This document shows positions 38,311-52,500 of a stretch of 64,000 bases of DNA, piece by piece. Location: contig JBITNC010000001.1 in NCBI GenBank assembly GCA_050084985.1, positions 207,762,001 through 207,826,000 on the forward strand, read 5' to 3'. The position numbers and the translations under genes are program-made. The stretch comes from Nageia nagi (taxonomy: Eukaryota > Plantae > Pinophyta). The notes beneath the pieces were generated by a model. The model was not told the DNA's origin. It saw only the letters and a list, made by a program, of their open reading frames with translations, and did not search any database. How positions within the stretch are numbered: position 1 is the stretch's first letter; the number at the start of each line of letters is the position of its first letter.

Positions 38311-38884
38311 CTATTTTCTTGTAGGGTATTGCTAACACTTTCTTGCAAGTATTTATATCCTGAAAGGTAGAAGAAAAATCACATAATTCCATGCCATTAG
38401 CAATGTGTACACTATTCCCTACACTATTAGTGAAGTGCATTTCATCATCATTTCATTTTAGTCAAGGTAGATCCTCTTTATTTTAAGGTATTAATGTAAG
38501 TACGAATGGTTCATAAGTATCATAAATGATGGAATGACCAAATTCATGGTTGAAGTAGCACAATGGGTAAAAACACATCTTCCATCTTCCATCCATCGAC
38601 ATCGTCATAGTCATTTCCATCATCTACATAACATCATTCTTGGAAAGAAACTCTTCATTAGATTTTGCCTTGATTACAACATTCAAAGACTTTTCCTAGG
38701 GAATCCAAGTTAAAAGGGGGTATCAAGGGACCCTCATCATCACTCTCATCATCATCATTCATCATCATCAGCAACAAGGGGTAGTGCAACAAAGAGTTCA
38801 AAGTTCTCAAAAAATTTTCTTCTACACTTCTTCTTTGGACATGTAATTTCATTGCTTCAATCACACCTCCAAAGAGAGGAAAAA

Positions 38885-39529
38885 TGTAAATACATACAAA
38901 TGAATTATTATTTACTAAATAATTTATTTTAGATCCTCAATGATGTATTATGTAAAAAGGGGTTAAATCCCAAGGTTATGTCAAAGCTATGCAATTTATG
39001 TAATGGACCCTTGTGGCATGTACAAGGGGTTAAAAAGATCTAAGTCATGTAAATATGTTATCATATGTAAAGAAATCAAAGATGAACTAAAAAGAGGAGG
39101 ATCATCTTTGAAGGAGGAGGAGGTCATGGGCAAATGAACACGAGGAGGAATCTAGAGAGACTCTAACACATATTACATCACTCTGTTATGTGCAAATATT
39201 ATTTGTAAGTTATACCTTATGCGTGTTATTTGATAATTCTTTTGTTCGCTCATCGCTATATTCTTGATTGCATATGTTATTTTACTTATTCCATGCCATT
39301 ATCAACATGCCTCATTTGGGTCACTAGCAGCATGCAATTATATGAATGCATGTTTATTTCCAATGTATGATGTCGTTAATTCATTGAACATGTAATTGAG
39401 ATAAAATGAACATGTATACCTTTTAATCATCATTGTCATATTCTAAATATATGTCAATAAAACTAATTAGTCATAATAGTGCATTAATTAACCCCCATTA
39501 ATAATTATATGCATTATTTTGGGTCTACA
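38885..39529 (+). repeat. 3' LTR
   Basis: tgtaaatacatacaaatgaatt..ttttgggtctaca; preceded by the PPT and followed by the TSD. Confidence 0.93.
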
Positions 39530-42500
39530 TAGACCACCTTGCCAACCTCCATCTGGTGGGTTATTATGATGCAAGGACACTGTCAAAGCATCAATATGGA
39601 CCTTTTCAAGGATACAAAGAAAAACATATCCGGGAAATGAAGAATATCCTATGTACTTACAAAATCATCCACAAGAAAGGGTAATAAAAGAGAATAATGA
39701 TCTGTATAAAAGATTAAAAGAAGTATACAAGAATTTATCTATGCAAGATAAGTAAAAAATATCTTATAAAATAATTTGCAATGAACCAATCTATCCTAGT
39801 ATTCCAAATAAGGAATTTTTTTTTAAGTTTAAATTTTTTAAAATTGAACCATTTAAAGGAAAGAAAGATCTTAAAGAACATTTAGGGAAATTTAAATAGT
39901 CAAGTTATTTAATTTCTAATGATGATGCATTAATGCTATGTATCTTTCCCATGATGCTTCCTGGTCAAGCGATTGATTGGTATAATAATTTACCAAAATA
40001 TAACATTAGCTCATATTCTCAATTAGCAAATTTATTTCTAAAACATTTTAAAATCAACATTAAAGATAAGATGTACATTACTGATATCATGATATTGCAA
40101 CAATTTCTTTATAAATCAATTACTAATTTTATCTCATGATGGAGGTTGATATTAATAAGTATACCTTATACTTTACCTAAAGAAGAGTTGGTTAAATTAT
40201 TTAGTTAAAGTTGTTTGAGACCTATTGCTAGTGCATTGTTGATTCAATAACATAAAATTTTGAAGAAGGTATCTCTCAAGCAATTATCATTGAAAAAGTT
40301 AAAATTCAAGATGGATAGATAAAAAGTAAAAATTGAGAAGGTTATACTAGGAATAAAAATCAAATAGAACAAACAAGTAAATAATTTCCAATTAATAAGG
40401 TATTATTATGAAATATATGGAACCATCTCCACCTCACAATATGGAAAGAGATTTTAGATCTAAAATAAAATATACACCCTTATGAGAATCTCTTTATGAT
40501 ATTTTGACAAAGTTATGTGATCATTAAATAATCACTTTGCTTGATATAAGGCTAGAAAATCTCAAAACTAAGTAAAGTAGATGGTATAATGAAAATGATT
40601 TTTTTAATTTCTATCATCAAAAGGTTGACACAAATAAATATAGAATATTAAAGAATATATTTTAAGATTTGATTGATAATGGAAAGTTGGAGGTTGATAA
40701 TATCATTGCAATTCGTAATCAAAACTTAAGGATTCATCAAAACTCACTTCCATAACATCTAGCTAATAATATTTCATTTCATTCAAGTGAAAAATAAGTA
40801 ACATATAAATGGAGTTAAGATAATTCAAGTTTCATAGGCATGAAAAGTGTTGCTATAAGAGCTCAAAGGATACATAGGAGGAGAAATGGTATATCTAATA
40901 ATTAGTAAGATAAGGTTCATATGCAAGCTTATATACCTAAACCACAACCTCCTAAGGTATCTGTAAAAAGGTCCTTTAAACCAAAAACTAAAGAATTCAT
41001 AAGTAAATATGTCTTTGTTTGAATTATTACAACAATCCAAATATCATAGAGATGCAATGAATCAATTACTATAAAAAAATAAATTAGATATAAAAGATCC
41101 TTAAAGTTTTATGGTATTTGTGGGAAATATTAAGATAATTCAAAAGCCCACAATAAGGTTTTATGATCATGAGATAAAAGATTCAATTAGGACACAAGGA
41201 TTAGATCCACCTTTGCATATCATAGCTAAAATTGATGGAAAAATATTTATGAGAATTCTAATTGATAAAGGATCAGCCATAAACATTATTTAAATAGCTA
41301 CATATAATAATTTGAATCTCCTATTCTCACACATTTGTGCACCATCCCTTCAAGTATAAGCATTTAATGACACTTTATGTTCAATAATAGGGATAATATC
41401 ATTACCTATTACTATGGGTTCAAAGATGGTGCAAATTGTATTACAAGTTATAAAAGAAAATATTACATAATATAATATTCTCTTAGGAAGACTTTGGATT
41501 AGAGATATGCAATATGTCCCATCAATATATCATAATTATTTGAAGTATATTCATGAAGAATAGTGCATTGTGTACCTAGTGATGATAATCCATACTCACA
41601 TTGTAACATTACATATTTGCCTAATGATATAGATTTACCATCTACTCATTTTTTTTATGATACTTATGGTAACAAATAAGCCATTGGTAGTTGATGTAGG
41701 AAAAAGCATTCACACTTCTTAAAATACTTCAAAAGAAAAACAAATTATTAATCAAAAAATTCATCCAATGATCAATAAAAGGTTGATAATAGTTCACAAC
41801 CAATAATGAATGCAACACCATAAGAAAAGGATTCTTGGGAAGAAAGACCTCTTATGTTAGATGAGTTAAACAAAGATTCCTCATCAAAAGATTCATCTTA
41901 AATAAATATCTAATCTCAAAATGATGATGATAAAGAAAATGATAAATCATTAGATATTTATCCAATAAAAATAAAGTTATCTTAGGTATAAGAGAATATG
42001 AGATTGATGATATAATATTTAATATTCCTTCTACTCAAGATATTGGATGACCTAATGAATCTCCTAGTTTGGTGGGGTAATTAGTACCATTGGTAAGTGT
42101 TCCTAATCAAACATTGTTTGTATATGCAAGTCCTATAGAACCAACACCAATTCCACTACCTAAACCTAATTAAGGTATATTTTGTAATACATTAGAGTAT
42201 CTATCACCTTTTGTATGATACTTTTTCCAAAGATATTTTACATATGTCAATGGAGAGGATAGGGTTTAGGTTGATATGAACAAAAGACCTAGATATTATA
42301 ATTGATATTTATTAAAAATTAGTAACTGATAAAATAGGATTAGGATATAAATGAAAGAATAAAAAAGAGTAATATAGGAATGGTTGAGTTAGAATTAGAA
42401 AATTTGGATTATGAGGATATAATTTAGGATGTTGAATGGATGACTAATCAAAGTGTAGAAGAATTAGAAATATCAGTACCTAAAAATCTATTTTCTAATA

Positions 42501-45500
42501 TTGTTTCAATCAATATGGTTTAGATTTAAAAAATATCTAATTTAAAATTAGAATAAATTGCTTTTGATTGATCTAAAAATGAAGAGTTTGAATGACTAAG
42601 TTCAACAGATTTAGTGTTGTCTACACTAAAATTTGTTGTTAATGAAGATACAATAGATTTTACTATCATTTATAAGAATCCAACATTATAAGAATTTAAA
42701 AATATAAACATTAATTCCAAACATTTGAATCTACTATAAAAATAACTTTAACTAAAAAAAGTATAGGTGAAGATGAAGAATATAATCTAGATGATAAAAA
42801 TTAGATTTTAATACCCAACCAATTGGAAGAGGGGTCCCACATGTTGATTGAAGAAACAATTTATGTAGAGTTAAGTGATGATCCTAATAATCCCAAGATT
42901 GTTTAATTAGGAAAATTCTTAAATAAATAAGAAAAATAAAAGTTCATATCTATTCTTAAAGAAAAATAGAAAGTATTTGCATGGTTATATACGAAATGCT
43001 AGATTATATTTGAACTTAGTAGTCCATGATTTAAGTCTTAAGGAAGTTGCAAGGTTGTAAAGCAAAAGTTACAAAAAATGCATCATACAATAGCATTAAT
43101 GGTAAAAGAAGAGTTAAAAAGCTATTAGAGATGAAGTTTATTCAACCAATTGATTATTTTGATTGGATCTTCAACATGATTCCAGTTAAAAAACCTAATG
43201 GTAAGATTCTTGTTTGTACACATTTCAAAGGATAAAAATAAAGCATGTCCAAAAGATAAGTTTCCACTTCCAAATATTGACAATTTGGTCAATGCTACTA
43301 CTAGAGATAAAATGCTTTCACTCATGGATGGATTCTTTAGTTGCAATAAAATAAGAGTAACCATAGAAGATCAACATAAAACAACATTTACAAAACCTTG
43401 AAGAATATTGTGTCACAAAGTAATTCTTTTTAATTTGAAAAATGTTGGGGCAACTTATCAAAGAGGAATGACATATATCTTTCATGACTAAATGCATGAT
43501 ATTATGAAATATTATGTAGATAATGTGTTGGTTGAATTTAATACTAGAGAAGAGCATCTAGAGATACTTATAAAAATATTTGATAGGTTACTAGAACATA
43601 ATATTAGGTTAAATCCAAAGAAATGTGTATTTGGAGTCACTTCAGAAAAGTTATTGGGTTTATTATGTTAATATGAGAAATTGAAGTAGATCCTAATAAA
43701 ATCAAAGCTATAGGAAATATGCCTCCTTATTCAAATATAAAATAATTACAAAGTTTGGAAGGAATGTTACAAGACATAAGGCACTTTATATCATAATTAT
43801 CTTATAAGTTCAAACTTATTAATAAATTTTTAAAAAAGAGAATCATCTTTTACTATGGAAAAGAACAAAAAAAAGTGTTTGAAGAAATAAAATGCTATGT
43901 TTTATCACCACTAGTTTTGATTGCTACAAGAGAAGGAGATCATAATATCAACCACAAAAGTTCTTTTAGGTACAATGCTTACTCAAAAAATGAAAATAAA
44001 AAATAATAAGATATATATTATCTTAGTAAAACTCTATTTTATTATGAGATAAGATATGTATATATGGAAAAGTTATGTTTAGTAGTAGTCTTCACAAAAA
44101 AGAAACTTAGACACTACATGCTTAATCATACAACTTATGTAATTACTAAAGTAGATCCATTAAAATACATGATGAATAAAACTTATCAAAATGCAAGAAC
44201 ATCCAAGTGGATCATGCATTTAAGGGATTTTTTAGTGTAAAGAATCATTGCTTCAAAAGTATAAGAAGTTGGTAGATACTCTATTACAATCATTAAAAAA
44301 ATATGAAATAGAGGTAACACATAGATCAACTAATAGGTTTGTTAATACTATGACATAAATTGGATCTTTGATACCACAAGATCCTCATAAATGAGCTATT
44401 CATATTGAATTAATTCAAATCATATAATCTTCCTTGAAAATGGATGCTGAAGGATATCAAGTTCTAGATATTACAATACAGGATAAAAATCTATGGCATA
44501 TTCAGTTAGTTAAATATTTGAGGGAAGGATTTATAACTTAATATTTAATGAAATTAGCTAAAAAAGCATTCAAGTTAAGATATTCTCTATATTACATGTT
44601 AGAAGATATTTTGTATCGTAGGGATTTCAATCAAATATTGCTTAGATATTTAGAGTGGGTAGATTCATAGATTGCAATCTTATGTACACATGATCAAATT
44701 TGTGGAGGTCATTTTAGTGGTCCCACTATCACAAAATGATTAATGCACATAGGATACTATTGGCCTACAATGGAGCATGATTATGTTGAATATTTTAAGA
44801 GATGTTTTAAATGCCAGCAACATACTAATCTATATATTCAACCATCACAAGCCTTATAGTCAATGAAATCATTATGGCCATTTTAAATATGGGCATTAGA
44901 CCTTAAAAGATATATATATATATATCCTACTTCATTAGGTGGTCATAAATTTATAATCACAACAACATAATATTTTACAAAATGGGTTGAATTTATTCCT
45001 ATGATTTCCACTAAAGGTCAAAAAATAGTAAAATTCATAGAACATCATATCATATATCATTTTGGTTTCCTACTCAAATTATGATAGACAATGGAAAGAA
45101 TTTTAAAAATAAGAAGGTATTAACTTTATATAAAGGATAAAGGATCTCATATTAGGATTAAATTTTCAATGCATTATTATTCTCAAGGAAATGGAAAGTT
45201 TGAAGCTATAAACAAAATCATTTGAAGTATTTTTCTAAAAATAGTTAACAATTTTTATAGAGATTGGTATACAAGAATTCCTCATGCTTTATAGGTGTAT
45301 TGCACTAGCATTAGAACTCCTACTGGAGATTTAGTACTTAATGAAAATCAACAAACTTCATTATAAATGTTCTTCTAATTGGTTGGTACCATACATTATT
45401 AAGAAAACATTTAGTTCAGAAGCTTATCACTTAGCTAATGAACTTATAAGCATGAATGAATTGAAAACATGGTAACAAAAAGAAGCAAAAGTGTTCACTT

Positions 45501-46322
45501 ATCATCATAAAGAAGAGGGATACAACAAATACCATTATTTGGAAGGCTAAGGTGTCTAGGAGATAGAGCCATATATAAATTATCAAAAATAGATAAAAGT
45601 ATATATGTATATACATAAAAATATTTAAAGCCCTCTTTCTAGTATCTCATTGTGGGTCCTTGATGAGGCAATTTTATAAAAATATCCCTTTATGAGTCCT
45701 TGATGATAAAATTATCATTTTTACACTCCTCATCATGCATCCTTGATGAGCCCTAGAAAAAAAAGAAAAAATGAAAAATATGTTAGAGTCAAAAGGAGCA
45801 ATCTTTGTACTTGTTAAAATGAAAAAAGTAACATATTTAAAATAGATTAAGTCTCCTAAGTGATTCAAGCTATGAGAAATCAAACATGATTTAAAAGTAC
45901 GAAATGAATTTTTGCATAAGATTATGTAACCTCACTATCAAGATAAAGAGTAGTAAAATCAAATCAAATGTATACACAAGATAAGCTTACTATCATGTAC
46001 TTGCTTAGGCATGTGAAAATGAACTAGCATCTCATCACAAAACTACCATAAATAGCATACAAAATGTAGATAGACATAAATGATATTTTGGTATACACCA
46101 TAATTTCTTTTAAAATGGATTGAGTGTAAAAGATTAAGATATGATTTAGTCATGATTCAACTGATCAAGTTTGACTTATTCAGGAGACTAAGTCCATTTA
46201 AAGCATTAAACTAAGAGTTGAACACATAAGTTAGAGAACTTAAACATGCTTATTTTTTAGAGAAAGGAAATTTTTGAATTATCCTCTACTTCCTTTAATG
46301 GATAATTCAAAAAGGGAAAAAA

Positions 46323-47318
46323 TGTAGACACCTAAAAATGATCCTTCAGTCAAAAGTTGAACAAAGGGGATAAAAAAATAATATTTATTATAAAAGTTAT
46401 AATAAATGTGAATCTCTAACAATTGATTTAAAATATAGATGATCAACTCCAAATATCAGTTATTGACATCAAATATTGGTAATTAACTCTAAATATTAGT
46501 GATTGAATCCAAATATCAATGATTGAGTCCAAATGCTGATGATCAATACCCAATTATCAATTAGTATACAATCAGCAAAGATAAAATAAGATATCATGCT
46601 GTGGGGTGACTCATCCATTGAAATTATGGATCAAGAGTGAGTCATGATTAGTTTCATAGCTTTATGGAAGAGACAATGACTATTCTATATTTGGATGAGC
46701 TCTTGGGCTAGGTTGTTAGCCTCCAAAATGTGAAATCTAACCAATTTTTAAATATATAAGTAAAGCCTTTAGGAATGAAGAAAGTGACCTAAATTTGAAG
46801 CAGGATTACTTTGTAAAAATTAACTTAGAGCTTTTGAAGAGTTAAGTACTTTTTAAATGCACTTTTTCATGATATTATATTTACTATTTGATATTTTCTA
46901 TATGATCAGGTATGCTTGTAATTTTATTTTGGTATGTGTGCAAGGTCCATAGGTATTGAAGCAAAAAATATTAAAGGTTCATTGAGGTAGGAATAATTAG
47001 GAATCAAGAGATAACATTGAAACAAAGCAGGAGAGGAGAATCATCAAAAAATACATTGCAATTGCAGAGATTGCAACAACTACATATCGAATGCCAATGA
47101 TTAGAGATAATTATCAATGACTACATCTTGATTACTAAAGATTCTCTAAAAGCTTAAGAGGCTACAAAACATAACTTTGTAAAAGCCCTTCAAGAAAGGT
47201 GGCAAATCTAGAGATTCATTTTGTACAATTTAAGGTCATTCCAAAGAGCAATAAAATACATATTTATATTAATGTGTGTTTATCTTGTTTGCTAATAGGT
47301 TGGTTTTTTGGGTTGATA
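46323..47318 (+). repeat. 3' LTR of the Ogre/Tat-like host element, with internal ~20-bp tandem repeats (46420-46560)
   Basis: Follows the PPT; starts tgtagacacctaaaaatga; TATA aaatatataag ~46751; ends ttttgggttgata (decayed ..gggtttaca). Confidence 0.7.
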
Positions 47319-47329
47319 GAATAATATCC

Positions 47330-49290
47330 ATTAGGTACTTTCATATTGTATAATATTTTATTGAACCTTTATTTCTCAACCTTTGATATATTGTAGGGTT
47401 ATTCTATAAGATATGTTTTTACAATATAGATTTTTCTCTATAATGAACTCCTAATATTTAATTATTTTAAATCATAATGAGAGTTTTTTCCATTATTTAA
47501 CTTTGTATCAATACCTAAAAATTTCCTAACTAGGATTTCATAGATATTTTTCTCTACATGCATCACATCCAAGTTATGATGAACTAAAAGATCTTGTTCA
47601 TAATAGAACTATCAAACTAAAATTATTTAATATTTGATAGATGTAATAATAAATGTAGTTATTAAAGTACATGTTGTACCTTATAATATAGTAGATCACA
47701 TAATATAGATTTCTTCTTCCATCCTTTAATGCTATCATCATTCTTCTTAATTTTTTTTTTAAATTTCTCAACTATATCTAATTTCAAGGGATATTTTGTA
47801 CCTTTTCTATTATTTTAGTCCTATTTAAATATAATAGTGCTTTACCCCACTCTTCATCATTATTAAAACATAATTTTTGATGATAAAATTGATGATCCAT
47901 AGAAAGAAATATCCTATGTCCTATAAAAATATTCTTGTTATTGAATGGAATTCATGTTGAACAAGTATTCTCCCTCACATATTAAACATGCAAACAATCC
48001 CTTTTTCATACATCCTACTAGGTTTCCATAAGTAGGAAAATAATGAATGGCCCATATAATTATTACTTTCATATTGAATCTAGTTTTTTGAAATATATTA
48101 TACATTTCTACTTCATCAGTACATAGTTTAAGAAAGTTATCAACCAATGGCTATAGATGAACATCTATATTAATGGTTGGTTACTGGGGGTGAGGTATTA
48201 ATAAGCTAAGCATTGAATTATTCATCATGATCAACATCCATGGTGGAAGGTTATATATGACCAACATAACATGACAACAACTTTAGTGAGAACTAAAGTT
48301 GATAGAAGGGTTGAACCCATTGGTTTCCATTGTTAATCATACATTACATGGCTCTTTAACAAAATTTGAACACATAGAATCTATCTTTTGCATGCTAGAG
48401 AGTTTACTAGATGTTGCATATTGCCATTCTAACTTTTATACTAAGAATACCACCTCATATTCTCTATGACATATATAGAGCTACAAGAACAAAGCAACTC
48501 ACTTCAACCATGTCTAATAATGTTGAGAGAAAAAAAATATAACAAATCTATTTGTATATAATAATCATTTACATATACATTGTTTGCAACCTATATAAAA
48601 TGGATAAATAACTTAACATTTTCATAGGAACCTTATTATTATTTTTTTTCATATGATGATCAAATTTCCAATGCAATTCATCATATTTTAGGCAATCTTG
48701 AAGATTTTCATATTATTTTCAATATAAAATAAAATCATTTTGGGGAATTGTATTATTAATTAAAAGGATATCTCTTAATAATTATAATAAATTGCCAAAG
48801 CTTTTATTTGTGTAATCATGTTTATCTTTGAGATGATATAATTTAGCTATTTTCAATAATGTTGTGCACTTTGTACAACCTAGGTATAATGGTTGTTTAT
48901 CAATATTGTGTACCACTCTACAAAATTCATTAGGAGTATATTCAAACTTGATATCATTATATTATAGTTCTTATCCACTCTATAATCAATTGATATTTTC
49001 CATTCCAATGATGTCATCTTATACATTTTTGATATTTGGACCCTCATCCATAGTGGTGTATGTGTTTGATGCATATTGGTCATGAGTAGATGGTTCTTAT
49101 CTTTGGGAATAAAAAATGTTATATATATTATCAAATCCATGCCAAAATAGGTTCTTACAAACCTCCTCAAAACTAAGATTTACGTATTTTGGCAACTCTA
49201 ATATGGATATCTAATTCTTTTAGTATCTATGGAATTAGTTTTTGCAAATGCAATGTATTTGTAAACCCCACAAAAATATTACTCACTATT
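47330..49290 (-). pseudogene. CACTA/En-Spm TnpD (Tnp2, Transposase_21) transposase remnant
   Basis: Minus translation: IRYPY*SCQN..LFWHGFDNIY (transposase-associated domain), NGFNP..VIYNLPPWM..MLSLLIP..NIDVHL*PL, IIWAIHYFPTYGNLVGCMKKGLFACLIC, HHNLDVMHVEKNI. Confidence 0.88.
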
Positions 49291-49589
49291 TCTAGTTGCA
49301 TGTAACCATGCATTGTCCATAATTCTTGATGAAAAATCTACTTAAAATTATCCAAACCATAGATAAAGGTGAAAGTTAAAATTGATCAATTCTAAGAAAA
49401 ATAACTTTTTTTCTACATAAAAATGTCTATACAAGGTCATTATAAAGACAAAGTTAAATGAGTATATTATATACCAATAAAGGTATTGATAATATTAAAC
49501 TCTTTGATCTAATGAAGCATTTGGATTCAATACCAAATACACTCATATAATGAAAAGAAATTCATGTGGTCTTGCTGATCATGACTTGC

Positions 49590-52500
49590 TTTGCATGATG
49601 TAAATAATTTTATGGTTTGTACTAATTGTAATATATACACAAAATGGATGTTCTAAAAAAGGCCCATATACATGTAACAAAAATGTGAAATAATACATAA
49701 GGATTGGGAATTATTTAATAATATGCATTATGAAAAATTTTTTTATTGGAATATAATTATCAAAGTATATGCAATTCATGGCTACAACAAGGATGCCCTT
49801 AAACTCTTTTACCTATTGAAGCATCCAATTTGGTTGCATGGTGATATTATGAATAATGATAAAGAATAATGGTGATATATTTACTAAGATATCATAAATG
49901 TAACTATCCAAAACTTATATAATTCATGATATTTTGAACAAGTTATCTTTGGGTAAATACATCTAAACCTTTATATCTTATTTTTCTTATTGTGGACGTA
50001 ATATAACATAGCATTTAATTTTTAGGTTTAACAATGAAACATACTGTAATTTCCTTCATTACCTATCCTATATCACTATAGTTTCATGGTCTATAATGAT
50101 TTTAAGGTATGCATAAAATAGGTTTTCTAAAAAAGGCCCATAAGACATATAGGTAAAATGTAAAAACATACATAAGGTTTGGGAATATGAGCATAATTGT
50201 GTAATGATGCATCTTAGGAATAAGGAAATAAGAGTGACTCTTGCTATTAAATTATTTACAACCATGTGGTATAACAATATCTCTAAACAAAATCTATACC
50301 TTGTTGAATCCACATTGAATACAAGATGCAACTAGCCTTTAAAGACATTCATTATATCATAATTTCATATATTGTAATGATTACAAGATATAAAAAATAT
50401 GATGTAAACACACTTTCATGGGATATAACAATTATACAATATGTACAAAATGGATATATTAAAAGGACCCATAATTTTTTTATAAAATACCTCATCAAGA
50501 TGTAATTTCTTGGATTGTAATGATCTAAGATATGCACAAAATGAAAGACTATAGAAATTGTGTTTGCATTAAATATTTTATAGGAATTGCATTATGTATC
50601 TACTTAAATGTCCATAATTTCTTATCATATAATGTACTTGGATCATTTTATATCATATTTTTGAAGCATCCAAGTTGGTTGTGTGGTATCATTATCAATA
50701 ATGTTGAAGCATAACTATGATAATATATTGAGAGCTTCTAAATATAGCTAACCTTGACTTATCTAATTCATGATATTTTGAATAGGTTATCCTAAAGGAA
50801 AAGATATTTTATTGTGCTTAATATGGAGGTAAGACAACATAGTATTTCAATTTCTATGTTGAATAATTGTTAAGTATTACAAGCATGTTTCAGGGTTCAT
50901 TTTAAGATCCCCTTCACGAAACTCCCTTAGAAAGTTTTTGGCAAATATGGATTAATACTAAATTTGAAAATATCAATGATTTTTGTAATTTTTGGAAAAC
51001 AATGAATATTTTTAGATTTTTTTTAAAAATATTAGTGATTGGACTAAAAAACATTTGAAATATTTTTGCAAATTGGGTTCTTTTAAAACTCCTAAAAATA
51101 GCCATTTCCAATGTTTAGGATCTTTAAAATTTGCTTATTAATGAATATTCATAGCTAAAATGAACCTTGGCATATTTTTACCATTTACCACTTTTAGGCT
51201 TGTTTTTGACACTTTATTAAAGTATAGTGTTTCATCATGTACATAGTTTTACAATTGATAATTACATATGCTCAATAGTCTCTATAGTCTTTTATTTTGT
51301 GCATATCCTACAATCATAGGATTAATCATTATACAAATATTATTGACATACTTTTCTATGTAGCCTATCTTGATGCAACTTTAAACTTCACTACCAAAAT
51401 ACCCATAAACCTTTAATTGGGTGTGTGCATGTGTGTACTTAGTCCTTATAAATCAAATGTTGTAGCTTATGTAGGCTATCTTAAGAATTACCTACCAGAT
51501 ATGGTATAAAGCATTTTGATTCATCTATAATGGTTTCATTGTATACAATGATTACAAGGTATGCATAAAATGTGTTTTCTAAAAAAGGCCCATAGATATG
51601 CATTCAAAATGTGGAAGAATACATAAGGACTAAGAATTATTTGATAAGGTGCATGATGCAAATAGTTTCATATTATATAATGATTATAGAATGCACATAA
51701 AATGGACTTTATGAAAAAGTCATAAACATGTATGCAAAATGTGGAAGAATATACAAGGCTTGAGATTTATTTGATAAGATGTACACTAGAATAGTTTCAT
51801 GGTATACAATAATTACAAGATAACAAAATGGATTTTTGGAAAAATATTAGTAGACATGTATGCAAAATGTAGAAGAATACATAAGACCCATGAATTGTTT
51901 GATAAGATGCACGATGGAAATACTATTTATTAGAATGCAATTATCAAAGGATATGCAATTCATGGCTATAACAAGGATGCTCTTAAACTCTTTAACCTAT
52001 TGAAGTATCCAACTTGGTTGTTTGGTGACATTATGAATAATGTTGAAGCATAACAATGATATATATATTAAATGCTTGTAAATGTAGCTATTCTTGATTT
52101 ATCTAATTCATGATATTTGAGTTAGTTAACCTATAGTAAATATATCCAATATTTATATATTATTGTTCTTATTATGAAGACAAGAGAACATGGCATTTAA
52201 ATTTCTAGGTTGAATAATTATTAAGTATTACAAGCTTATTTTTGTTGACTTACCATATTTGGACTAGTTTTTAACAATTTCTTAAAGTATAGTGTTTCAT
52301 AATATAGCTTATTTTATACTTAATAATGGCATCTTATTAAAAGTTTCAACAAGTATTTCATTTTATGCATATCATGTAACCCTATGATTAATCATTATAC
52401 ATGTATTATTTACCTTCTTGGTCATGCAAGCTATCTTGAGGGAGCTTTGAACTTCACTACCAACATACCCATAAAGTTTTGAATTGGGTGTGTGGATGTA

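Larger units (their letters stand above)
33330..39529 (+). mobile_element. Complete non-autonomous LTR retrotransposon (LTR-PBS(Trp)-ORF-PPT-LTR) with TSD TAGAC
   Basis: LTRs 33330-33973 and 38885-39529 (TGTA..TACA, ~645 bp, clearly alignable). TSD tagac at 33325-33329 and 39530-39534. PBS tggtgaaccccaatgt at 33977-33992; PPT aaagagaggaaaaa at 38871-38884. No PR/RT/RH/INT motifs inside. Confidence 0.93.
32350..47318 (+). mobile_element. Degenerate Ogre/Tat-like Ty3/gypsy element (gag, PR, G-patch, RT, RH, partly deleted aRH, INT, PPT, 3' LTR), host of the nested 33330-39529 element
   Basis: gag (IFPMMLPGQAIDWYNNLP ~39930), protease (ILIDKGSAINII ~41255), G-patch-like GLGY ~42230-42350, RT (NKACPKDKFPLPNID, MDGFFSCN, YVDNVL), INT (GGHFSG..GYYWPTMEH..CFKCQQH; to ~45330), PPT aaagggaaaaaa at 46311-46322, LTR tgtagacacc.. 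from 46323 to ~47318. Confidence 0.85.
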
